A DNA stretch of 64,000 bases from assembly GCA_963730935.1 (NCBI GenBank), contig CAVSTP010000002.1, positions 96,001 through 160,000 of the forward strand, read 5' to 3'. This DNA comes from an uncultured Nitrospiraceae bacterium. Its GTDB lineage: Bacteria; Nitrospirota; Nitrospiria; Nitrospirales; Nitrospiraceae. This document shows positions 50,697-58,654 of the stretch, piece after piece. Each line of letters begins with the position of its first letter. Within the stretch, counting starts at the first letter, position 1. Under the pieces are notes generated by a model, which saw only the letters and a program-made list of their open reading frames with translations, was not told where the DNA came from and did not search any database. The position numbers were made by a program, and so were the translations under genes.

Positions 50697-51416
50697 TCAA
50701 AGGTTTGGGAGTATCTCCCGCTCTGCCTTCTCGATATCTACTGCAAAATCAATCTCGGTCCAGGGCAGCCCTCCAATGACTTCATAGCCTACCTTGACGT
50801 CGCGGAAGAACCCGATGAGCGCGTCTTCATAGTCCATGTGCCAGGCGTCACGATCCACGAACGTCCTCAAGGACGCCACGACATGGGGAGTGTCCGCATG
50901 GCGCACTTTGAGAAATCCGACGCCCTCCCCGGCCTGGTCATACCGCGACGGCATCTTTTTGGTCAGCGCGATTACGCGTCCACCTTCGGCAACGACCATG
51001 CATTCTTCGCCGGTCTGCTTGACGGAATCATCCATCAGTAAGGCGTTGGGATACGCCGACCGCACCAACCGGCGCAGAATGTCCCGGTGAAAGAGCACGT
51101 CGGCATCCATGATCACCACGTCATCATCCAGCGCCGTACGTGCTATCCAAAGTGAGGAAATGCTGCCACGATGGAACTGCTCGTTCACCAAAAACTGTAC
51201 GCGCACCCCGAAGGAGTTGGCCTCGACGGCCGCACGAATCATATCCTGCTGGTATCCGACGACAATATCGGCACGCTGCACACCCAGACTGGCCAGCGAA
51301 GCCAAATAGCGTGAGAGCAAAGTTTGCCCGCCGATTTCAATGAGGCATTTGGGACGGTGCTGCGTAACGGGCCAGAGACGCTTCCCGACTCCGGCGGCCA
51401 AAATGACGGCTTTCAT
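50697..51416 (-). CDS. LicC/PntC-like (phosphonate) cytidylyltransferase
   Basis: MKAVILAAGVGKRL.P.T...PKCL; DADV; GEGVG; W.EID...D. Confidence 0.85.
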   Translation of the reverse strand: MKAVILAAGVGKRLWPVTQHRPKCLIEIGGQTLLSRYLASLASLGVQRADIVVGYQQDMIRAAVEANSFGVRVQFLVNEQFHRGSISSLWIARTALDDDVVIMDADVLFHRDILRRLVRSAYPNALLMDDSVKQTGEECMVVAEGGRVIALTKKMPSRYDQAGEGVGFLKVRHADTPHVVASLRTFVDRDAWHMDYEDALIGFFRDVKVGYEVIGGLPWTEIDFAVDIEKAEREILPNL

Positions 51417-52495
51417 CCAGGCTTGCCGATCTCTTCAAAAACATCGAGGAACTCCACGAACTGCTGTTCGGCGAGGGCGCCCATGTTGGCAATGCGGAAG
51501 ATCTTGTGTTCGAGATTCCCTTGGCCGGCATAAATCACGTATCCCCGTGCCCTCAACCGAGCATGCAGTGTCTGATACGAAAATCCCTCCGGCAGGTAAT
51601 AGGCGGTGATACTGTTTGATTGCCGGTCCGGTGGAAGCACGGGTTTGACGCCGATCTTCGCCATTCGCTCACGAATCAACATCGCCATCCGTTTATAGCG
51701 CTGAATGCGCTTGGCCACCCCCTCTTCCAGAAGTTCGTTGAGCGCTTCGTCGAAGGCGTAATAGATCTGAATTGCCGGAGTGAACGGTATGACCCCTCGA
51801 CCCTGATCATCGACGTAGTGCGTCAGATGCAAGTACCAGGACCGCTTGGGATAGGTGCGCATCCGCTCCAAAAAACCTTTGCGCACGAGGACAAAGGAGA
51901 CGCCGGGAAATCCCTGAATACATTTGCCTGCAGTTCCCGCCACCATGTAGATCTTTGAACCGGCAATATCGATGTATTCTCCCCCCAAGGCACTCACGGC
52001 ATCCAGAATGAAGACGCGGTTCAGTCCGTCAACGACTTCGGCGATGGCCTTCCCCGGATTGAGCAACCCCGTGGTTGTTTCATGATGGACCATTCCCACG
52101 GCATGGACTTCCGGGTGCTGCCGGAGAGCGAGACGCAGACGCTCGGGATCCGGCCGCTCAGTCCAATCATGCTTGAGCTCCGAGACCCCCAGGCGATGCA
52201 GCCCGACCATCTGCGCCATCCGCTCTCCATAGACGCCGTTATTGATGATCAAGGCGCGTTTGCCATGGGGGATGGATGACATCAAGGCCGATTCAACTGC
52301 CGCGGTGCCCGAACCGGTGATCAGGACGGCGGTATAGTCAGCTTCTGCTCCCGGCACAAACGCGTTCAACAGCTTATTCTGGATGCCGTGCTGTAATTCG
52401 GCGAAGTCCGACTCGCGATGGCAGATGTCGGGACGGTTGAGCGCCTGCCGTACACGCTCCGACACATTCACCGGCCCGGGATTTAACAACATCAT
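51413..52495 (-). CDS. 2-aminoethylphosphonate aminotransferase (PhnW/AepZ-like, class V PLP enzyme)
   Basis: LLNPGP, GSGTAAVE, NGVYGERM, HHETTTG.LN, DAVS, GKCIQG.PG, FTP, YAG..FRI.NMG. Confidence 0.88.
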   Translation of the reverse strand: MMLLNPGPVNVSERVRQALNRPDICHRESDFAELQHGIQNKLLNAFVPGAEADYTAVLITGSGTAAVESALMSSIPHGKRALIINNGVYGERMAQMVGLHRLGVSELKHDWTERPDPERLRLALRQHPEVHAVGMVHHETTTGLLNPGKAIAEVVDGLNRVFILDAVSALGGEYIDIAGSKIYMVAGTAGKCIQGFPGVSFVLVRKGFLERMRTYPKRSWYLHLTHYVDDQGRGVIPFTPAIQIYYAFDEALNELLEEGVAKRIQRYKRMAMLIRERMAKIGVKPVLPPDRQSNSITAYYLPEGFSYQTLHARLRARGYVIYAGQGNLEHKIFRIANMGALAEQQFVEFLDVFEEIGKPG

Positions 52496-52525
52496 GGGTG
52501 TTTCTCTTTGTCTCTCTAGCGCCCG

Positions 52526-53104
52526 TTATTCTATCGCCTTCATAAACCGGTTCGTAATGTCCGGGGGATCGAGCACGATACGTCCGGCATCTTCTGCGAA
52601 CTCATTGACTTTGATAAGCAGCAGGCTCGGTCCTTCCTTCTTCAGTATGTCCTTGAATTCATAGACCAGATCGTCACGGTCCAGTACGCGTTCTACATTC
52701 ACATAGCCGGCAGCCTTGGCGACCTTGTCGAGCGCAACGACATTTGAAATCGTCGGCTGGTTGCCTGTCGTGCCGTACACCTCATTGTCGAACACGACAT
52801 GAATGAAGTTCCTCGGTCTCAACGCACCGATCGTGGCCAGCGTGCCCATCCCCATCAGGACATTGCCGTCGCCATCGAATATGACGACTTGTTTCTCCGG
52901 TTTGGCCAGCGCCACGCCCAGCGCGATGGCTGGCGCGTTCCCCATGGACCCGATCATGTAAAAATGTGTCGGTCGATCGGCGATTTTCTGCACCTCGCGC
53001 GACGGGAATCCGTTGCACACAATCAACGGCTGGTCCGTCAACAACTCAAGCAGCGCAGCCATCGCCTGGGCCCGGCTGATCAATGTTCCCTGCTCCGGCC
53101 TCAT
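52526..53104 (-). CDS. Phosphonopyruvate (ComE-like) decarboxylase beta subunit
   Basis: FYMIGSMG; ThDP motif DGDG...N; ATGA overlap with the alpha subunit. Confidence 0.85.
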   Translation of the reverse strand: MRPEQGTLISRAQAMAALLELLTDQPLIVCNGFPSREVQKIADRPTHFYMIGSMGNAPAIALGVALAKPEKQVVIFDGDGNVLMGMGTLATIGALRPRNFIHVVFDNEVYGTTGNQPTISNVVALDKVAKAAGYVNVERVLDRDDLVYEFKDILKKEGPSLLLIKVNEFAEDAGRIVLDPPDITNRFMKAIE

Positions 53105-53598
53105 GGATGCAAACCCTTCACGACCCCTTTGGTGATGAACAGCGCTACCGGAATCCGCTGCTTCATGAACGTTTCCGCGACCCACTTAAAATCTTCGATC
53201 GCCGTCTTTTCGGTCAAGGTCCGGTGGGGAATTTTCATCGTATCAAGAAACTGGGGCATGACCTCGCCCATCACGAGGTGCTCGGGTGCGTCCTTGCCGC
53301 CCTGACCGCGCCATGACACGATCAGGATGCAAGGCTGCCGGTAGATCACGTTCAGCGAAATCAGCGTGTTGAGAGACGTGCCCAGTCCCGAGTTCTGCAT
53401 CAGCACCGCGGGGATCTTCCCGCCCATATAAGCGCCCGCAGCCATGGCTACGGCTTCATCTTCGCGGACGGCAGGCGTGTAGAGGCGCCTATCCATCAGC
53501 TCGGCGATGATTCCTCCGAGAATGGAATCGGGGACGCCGGTGAAAAAATTCACCCCCATGTCCTGCATGGCCTGTACGAACGCATCGCTCTCGATCAT
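53101..53598 (-). CDS. Phosphonopyruvate (ComD-like) decarboxylase alpha subunit
   Basis: FFTGVPDS, REDEA, MQNSGLG, SWRG..GKDAPEH..MG. Confidence 0.85.
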   Translation of the reverse strand: MIESDAFVQAMQDMGVNFFTGVPDSILGGIIAELMDRRLYTPAVREDEAVAMAAGAYMGGKIPAVLMQNSGLGTSLNTLISLNVIYRQPCILIVSWRGQGGKDAPEHLVMGEVMPQFLDTMKIPHRTLTEKTAIEDFKWVAETFMKQRIPVALFITKGVVKGLHP

Positions 53599-53636
53599 GC
53601 TCGACGAATTCCTTCGCGGAGGGAAAAATCCGGCGC

Positions 53637-53666
53637 ATTATAAGCCATGCTACGACGCTTTCTCAA
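53637..53666 (-). promoter_or_regulatory. Candidate sigma70 promoter for the decarboxylase-to-flippase operon (TTGAGA-N18-TATAAT)
   Basis: Perfect TATAAT at 53642-53637 and TTGAGA at 53666-53661 on the minus strand. Confidence 0.55.
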
Positions 53667-53714
53667 GGAAACGAACCGGTTGCGCGGGTCCGGACAGCGT
53701 GATAGCGTTACCGA

Positions 53715-54221
53715 ATGCGACTCGGTTGCGCTTTGCTCACAGCGTGGCTGCTCTGGGCTCCTGCCCTCGCCGGCGCCGTGTCGATGACGAACGATCCGAA
53801 GGGGTTTCGCAACATCGTGTGGGGGGCGGCGTTGAACACGCGGACGGATCTGGAGCGGACGCGCCAAGGCTCTAACATCATCGAATACCGGTTCAAGAAC
53901 ACGCAGCCTTCGTTCGCTGATATTCCGGTGGAAAGCCTTCAGCTCTCCACAGTGGATGATCAATTTGCGCGCGTCACCATCCGGTATCGTGGCGAGGACA
54001 CGCATAAAAAGATTCTGGCATATCTCGAGTCGGAGTTCGGCCGCATGGAACGCTTGCCCGGACAAATGTTGCGCGGGCTGAATCAGCAGTACAACTGGCG
54101 CGGCACTGAATCGGAGATCAACCTGACGTATCAGGCCGGCACAGAACGCGGGTATCTCTTCTTGGACAGCCGGACGCTGGCGCCCCGATTCAACGATTTG
54201 CTCGCCGATACGGCAGAGTAG
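53715..54221 (+). CDS. Secreted hypothetical protein, paralog A
   Basis: Signal peptide (..APALA-); DPKGF..I.WG motif; homologous to the next ORF. Confidence 0.8.
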   Translation: MRLGCALLTAWLLWAPALAGAVSMTNDPKGFRNIVWGAALNTRTDLERTRQGSNIIEYRFKNTQPSFADIPVESLQLSTVDDQFARVTIRYRGEDTHKKILAYLESEFGRMERLPGQMLRGLNQQYNWRGTESEINLTYQAGTERGYLFLDSRTLAPRFNDLLADTAE

Positions 54222-54225
54222 CCTC

Positions 54226-54771
54226 ATGTTCGACCGGCCGACCTTCACCCCTCGCGCATGCCTCACCGCCGTCTTGTGCGTGCTTTTCTGCGGCAGCCCG
54301 GCGTTTGCCGTGCAGATGAAAGAAGATCCCAAGGGGTTCGAGGGAATCCCCTGGGGAGCCACGCTTTCCGAATCGGAGACCTTCGGGAAAGTCGAGGACG
54401 CAGGCCGGCTGAAGACGTATGAACTGAAAGGCGGACCGCCGTCCTTTGGCCCGGCAAAAGTCGAATCGATGAGGTTCACCACCGTGGATGACCGATTCGC
54501 GCGCGTTACCGTCCGATATCAGGGCAAAGAGACACATGATCAACTGCTGGCCTTCCTTCAATCCCGATACGGCTCTCTCGATCGCACCCCGGGGCAGTTC
54601 GCCGGAGGGGCCGTCAAACTCTTTGCATGGCAGGGCGTAGAGACGGAAGTGAGCCTCCGCTACGAGACGCGCACCGATCGCGGCATCATCTTTTTTGAGA
54701 ATCCCTTGCTCGCCAGCCGGATCGAAGGCGCGATGGCGCCGGAGCAGGACCTCGGCGGAGCCACATACTAG
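54226..54771 (+). CDS. Secreted hypothetical protein, paralog B
   Basis: Signal peptide (..SPAFA-); DPKGF..I.WG and VDD.FARVT.RY.G..TH shared with the previous ORF. Confidence 0.8.
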   Translation: MFDRPTFTPRACLTAVLCVLFCGSPAFAVQMKEDPKGFEGIPWGATLSESETFGKVEDAGRLKTYELKGGPPSFGPAKVESMRFTTVDDRFARVTVRYQGKETHDQLLAFLQSRYGSLDRTPGQFAGGAVKLFAWQGVETEVSLRYETRTDRGIIFFENPLLASRIEGAMAPEQDLGGATY

Positions 54772-54844
54772 CTCTCGAACACGCATCTGCGCAAAACTTT
54801 TCATTGACAATGCCCGTACGGCTTTCGCATCATGCGCCATCATC

Positions 54845-56524
54845 ATGCATAACGCCACAAAGTTACGGGAGGCCCTCAAGAGGCCGGGAGCACTCAAGGT
54901 CGTCGGCGCTCATGACGCACTGAGCGCTCGTCTGATCGAGCAGGCTGGCTTTGACGGCGTATGGGCCAGCGGCTTCGCTATTTCCGCCTCGTTGAAGTGC
55001 ATTCCGGATGCCAGCTTCATCACCTCCAGCGAGCAGCTCGAGGTTGAACGCAACATCGCCGACGCGGTGAACATTCCGGTTATCGCGGATTGCGACACCG
55101 GGTATGGCAACGCCTTGAACGTCATGCGCACGGTGAACGATCGCGAACGGGCCGGCATCGCCGCCATTTGCATTGAAGACAACGTATACCCGAAGCGTTG
55201 CAGCTTTTACGCCGGTGTCCGCCGAGAGTTGATCCCGGTTGAAGAGCATTGTGGAAAGATCAAGGCCGCCAAGGCGGCGCAAACGGTGCCGGACTTCATG
55301 ATTATCGCCCGCACGGAAGCCTTGATTGCCGGTTGGGGACAGGAAGAGGCACTGAAACGAGCGGAGGCGTATGCGAAAGCAGGAGCGGACGCCGTCTTGA
55401 TCCACTCCAAATCAAAAACCTTCGACGAACTCAGGACTGTGTACAGACTCTGGTCCGGGCAGGTTCCGCTGGTTGTGGTTCCGACGATCTTTGACCAAAC
55501 AACTGCGGAGGACATGGAGCAGGCGGGTGCGAAGATCATCATTTACGCCAATCAACCGGTCCGCGCCGCCATTCGGGCCATGAAAGAGACGCTGGCCCTC
55601 CTACGAAAAGACACCCGGCCGGGCGCAGCCAACGATCGCATCGTCACCTTGCCGGAAGTGTATGACATCGTTGGCGTGCCGCAAATGGAGCAGGATGAGA
55701 AAGCATTTCTTCCGGTCGGCGGCGAAAAAATCACAGCCATCATTCCGGCGGCGGGATTCGAAAAGCAATTGCTTCCCCTGATCGAGAACAAACCCAAGTG
55801 TCTGCTGGATATCAAAGGCAAAACCATCCTCGAGCGGGCCGTAGGAGCGCTCAACGAGGCCAATATTAAGGAAATCGCAGTCGTGCGCGGCTATAAGAAG
55901 GAAGCCATCGCACTGCCCAACATCCGGTATTACGACAATGATCGGTATGAGGAGACCGGAGAGCTGTTCTCCATTTTCTGTGCGGAAAGCGAGATGAAGG
56001 GGCGGACCATCGTGCTCTACGGGGACATCATGTTTGACAGTCCCATATTGGAAAAGCTATTGAAGAGTCCGGCCGATATCGCCCTCGTCGCGGATTTGGC
56101 CTGGAGAGACCAACACCAACGTGGCGGACCTTCCTCTCATCTCAATCCGGATCTCGTGACCTTCGCGGAACCGCCCGGAAACAGTTCCCACTCACGATTC
56201 GTCATGGGAGACGAGGAACACCGGGTTGTGAAAATCGGCCAGCACCTGCCGTTCGACCATGTGCACGGCGAATTTATCGGCATGGCGATGTTTTCCGAGA
56301 AAGGCACACAAGCGCTGAAGGACTGCTACCGTAGCTCGCAAGAGCGGTATAAGTCTTCGGGGTTTCACGAAGCCAGCAGCGTCAGCAAGGCATCCTTTAC
56401 CGACCTGATACAGGAATTGATCGATCAGGGACACCGCGTCGACGCCGTGCCTATTTTCAAAGGTTGGATGGAAGTCGATTCTTTCGAGGAATACCAGAAG
56501 GCGTGGGCCAAAATCCGCCACTAA
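54845..56524 (+). CDS. pepM: Phosphoenolpyruvate mutase-like enzyme fused to a C-terminal nucleotidyltransferase
   Basis: GAHDALSA, WASG, ADCDTGYG, EDNVYPKRCS, ARTEA, IHSK, IYANQ; C-terminal AIIPAAG...KPKC.L and W.EVD; phosphonate gene context. Confidence 0.8.
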   Translation: MHNATKLREALKRPGALKVVGAHDALSARLIEQAGFDGVWASGFAISASLKCIPDASFITSSEQLEVERNIADAVNIPVIADCDTGYGNALNVMRTVNDRERAGIAAICIEDNVYPKRCSFYAGVRRELIPVEEHCGKIKAAKAAQTVPDFMIIARTEALIAGWGQEEALKRAEAYAKAGADAVLIHSKSKTFDELRTVYRLWSGQVPLVVVPTIFDQTTAEDMEQAGAKIIIYANQPVRAAIRAMKETLALLRKDTRPGAANDRIVTLPEVYDIVGVPQMEQDEKAFLPVGGEKITAIIPAAGFEKQLLPLIENKPKCLLDIKGKTILERAVGALNEANIKEIAVVRGYKKEAIALPNIRYYDNDRYEETGELFSIFCAESEMKGRTIVLYGDIMFDSPILEKLLKSPADIALVADLAWRDQHQRGGPSSHLNPDLVTFAEPPGNSSHSRFVMGDEEHRVVKIGQHLPFDHVHGEFIGMAMFSEKGTQALKDCYRSSQERYKSSGFHEASSVSKASFTDLIQELIDQGHRVDAVPIFKGWMEVDSFEEYQKAWAKIRH

Positions 56525-56673
56525 TCGCCACGCAAAAGCACGTAGTCCTTTCTTCCTTCTCGCAGACCCCTGTCCTTTCCCCCTCCTTTGTGGGACCCTG
56601 ATCCCCCTCTCCCTGGGAATGGTCGAATTTATCATCCGAGGTACCCTCTAGGTGTCGCAATTGGGAGGTACCG

Positions 56674-57093
56674 ATGAAAGGCAATTTACTTAAACAGAAT
56701 CTGGTAGCGCCCCGCACGCATACTCCTCTTGACCGCCGCTACGCCGAACGGGCACTCATCCAGCATGACGTCACCTACACTAGCACTGAAGGTGCCAGGT
56801 TCACGACCTCCACTGGCTCGCTGAAAGATCTCTCAAAGACCGGCTGCAAAATCGTTGGAACAACGCTTCCGGTCGTTGGGGTCCGTGTCACGATCACCTT
56901 GTATTTGAACGACGGACAGGCGCCCTTGTGTCTAACGGATGCTTCTGTCTCGTGGATCAAAGGCAATGTCTTCGCCGTACGATTTCCTAAGTTGACCGAC
57001 GACGAGCGGAAACGGATTCAAGGGGTCGTCTGGAAACATGTCAGCTTGTCCGACGCTAAAAATCACCGTACGGCCTTCCGCATCGTCATCTAA
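56674..57093 (+). CDS. Single-domain PilZ protein
   Basis: RYAER and DLSKTG motifs; GGAGG RBS. Confidence 0.85.
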   Translation: MKGNLLKQNLVAPRTHTPLDRRYAERALIQHDVTYTSTEGARFTTSTGSLKDLSKTGCKIVGTTLPVVGVRVTITLYLNDGQAPLCLTDASVSWIKGNVFAVRFPKLTDDERKRIQGVVWKHVSLSDAKNHRTAFRIVI

Positions 57094-57135
57094 CCGTTAT
57101 GCGGTCGCATTGGGTAGGAGCTGAGTAAGGGAGGA

Positions 57136-57534
57136 ATGGGCATGAGACAAGCGAGCATCGACAGGTCCCGCCGGACTGACAAGCCATCTGACGACAACCG
57201 CCGGGGAACCGAGCGAGTCCCCGCTCAGTTCAGCTTGATGTACTCGGGCATGAGTGACGGCCGCATGCTGATCGGTAACGGCGTCGTGAGCAACGTCTCA
57301 AAATCCGGCATTGGAATTCTGGGCAACCATCCGGTCAAACACGGAATGGATCTGTCCCTTTTTATCGACCTCCCGGGCATCGAGGAGCCGATTTGCATCG
57401 CCGAAACCCGAGTCTCGTGGGTGTCGGGACGGCGTTTCGGAGTCGAAATGATTGCGCCAAAATTGGACGTGCAGAATGAGCTGCGGTTTTACGTCTGGAA
57501 TCATCTGTATCGGCAAGATGCCAAAAAACCATAA
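57136..57534 (+). CDS. Single-domain PilZ protein
   Basis: RGTER and NVSKSG motifs; VSW...FGVE. Confidence 0.85.
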   Translation: MGMRQASIDRSRRTDKPSDDNRRGTERVPAQFSLMYSGMSDGRMLIGNGVVSNVSKSGIGILGNHPVKHGMDLSLFIDLPGIEEPICIAETRVSWVSGRRFGVEMIAPKLDVQNELRFYVWNHLYRQDAKKP

Positions 57535-57546
57535 CAGGGTGATGCA

Positions 57547-57927
57547 ATGAAACAGGCAAGACTTCGAGCCCTCCGATCCCAACACCGCACTCATCCGGCC
57601 TGCGATCGTCGGACGGACCACCGAGTCCACATCGATTTCCGGCTCATGTATTCGGCACAGGACGACCGAGAAGAAATGATCATGGGCGACGGCAGTGTGG
57701 TCGATCTTTCCAACAAGGGACTACGCATCCGTGGCAACATGGCCGTAAAGTCCGGCCTCGAAATGACGTTGTTTCTCTATCTTCCCGACGGGCGTGATCC
57801 CCTCTTTGTCCTTAGTGCAAAGGTGGCATGGTCGAAGGGTCACGAGTTCGGCGTGGAGATTCTGAAGATGAATGTGCGCGAGCGCAATCGCTTACGTTAC
57901 TTCCTCTCCTCGAATCTGCAGCACTAG
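57547..57927 (+). CDS. Single-domain PilZ protein
   Basis: RTDHR and DLSNKG motifs; VAW...FGVE. Confidence 0.85.
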   Translation: MKQARLRALRSQHRTHPACDRRTDHRVHIDFRLMYSAQDDREEMIMGDGSVVDLSNKGLRIRGNMAVKSGLEMTLFLYLPDGRDPLFVLSAKVAWSKGHEFGVEILKMNVRERNRLRYFLSSNLQH

Positions 57928-57963
57928 GCGGGTTCCCCGCTTCGCGTGAAATCCCCATCTCGG

Positions 57964-58014
57964 TTGTCAGGCGTGAGACGTTCATGCTACGCTCAGCGGT
58001 GAGTAATTACTCAC
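57964..58014 (+). promoter_or_regulatory. Promoter (TTGTCA...TGnTACGCT) and TetR operator palindrome GTGAGTAATTACTCAC
   Basis: Perfect 16-bp palindrome at 57999-58014, just downstream of the -10 and upstream of tetR. Confidence 0.7.
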
Positions 58015-58030
58015 TTACTGAACGAATGTC

Positions 58031-58654
58031 ATGGCCAGACAACCGCGGTCGACAAGTCAGCAACGCCAGGCCGGCCTCATTGCCGCAGCCGCCTCTCTCT
58101 TCGCAGCCAAAGGCTTCAACGGGACAACGACCAAGGAGATCGCGAGAGCCGCCGGCGTGAGCGAAGCGCTGGTCTTCAAGCATTTCCCGACCAAGCGTGC
58201 GCTCTACGGCGCCATTCTGGCCGAAAAGGTCACCGTCGACGAATTGCTGGTGGCGGTCGAAGAATCCGCCAAAAAACGCGATGACCGCCGGGTGTTTACG
58301 CTGATCGCCCGATTTCGCATCAGACCCGGGGTGGATTCCACCTTCCTTCGACTGCTTTTGTTCAGTGCGCTCGAAGGTCATGAATTGTCGGACATGTTCT
58401 TCGGGAAACACCACCGGGTCTTTTACGATCACCTCGCCACATATATCGAGACCAGAATCGGCGAAGGCGCTTTTCGCGAGGTGGATCCGCTGCTGGCCGC
58501 CCGAGCATTCATTGGAATGGTCGTCCATCACCGGCTCCTTCACGAGATCTTTGGTGTCCCCATGCATCGGTCCCATGACGAAACGGTCGCCACCTATGTC
58601 GATTTGTTCTTGGCCGGCCTCATGAACAGTCCTGTACGGAGACGGGCCTCATGA
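58031..58654 (+). CDS. TetR/AcrR family transcriptional regulator
   Basis: AA..LFA.KGF.GTT.KEIA..AGVSEALVFKHFPTK. Confidence 0.93.
   Translation: MARQPRSTSQQRQAGLIAAAASLFAAKGFNGTTTKEIARAAGVSEALVFKHFPTKRALYGAILAEKVTVDELLVAVEESAKKRDDRRVFTLIARFRIRPGVDSTFLRLLLFSALEGHELSDMFFGKHHRVFYDHLATYIETRIGEGAFREVDPLLAARAFIGMVVHHRLLHEIFGVPMHRSHDETVATYVDLFLAGLMNSPVRRRAS

Noticed and set aside
51413..53598. Coenzyme M/sulfonate biosynthesis or AEP catabolism (phnWX) as the role of these genes
   Set aside because: No comA/comB/comC or phnX/phnA in the window; the adjacent PEP-mutase-like gene and cytidylyltransferases favour phosphonate biosynthesis, though this is not proven
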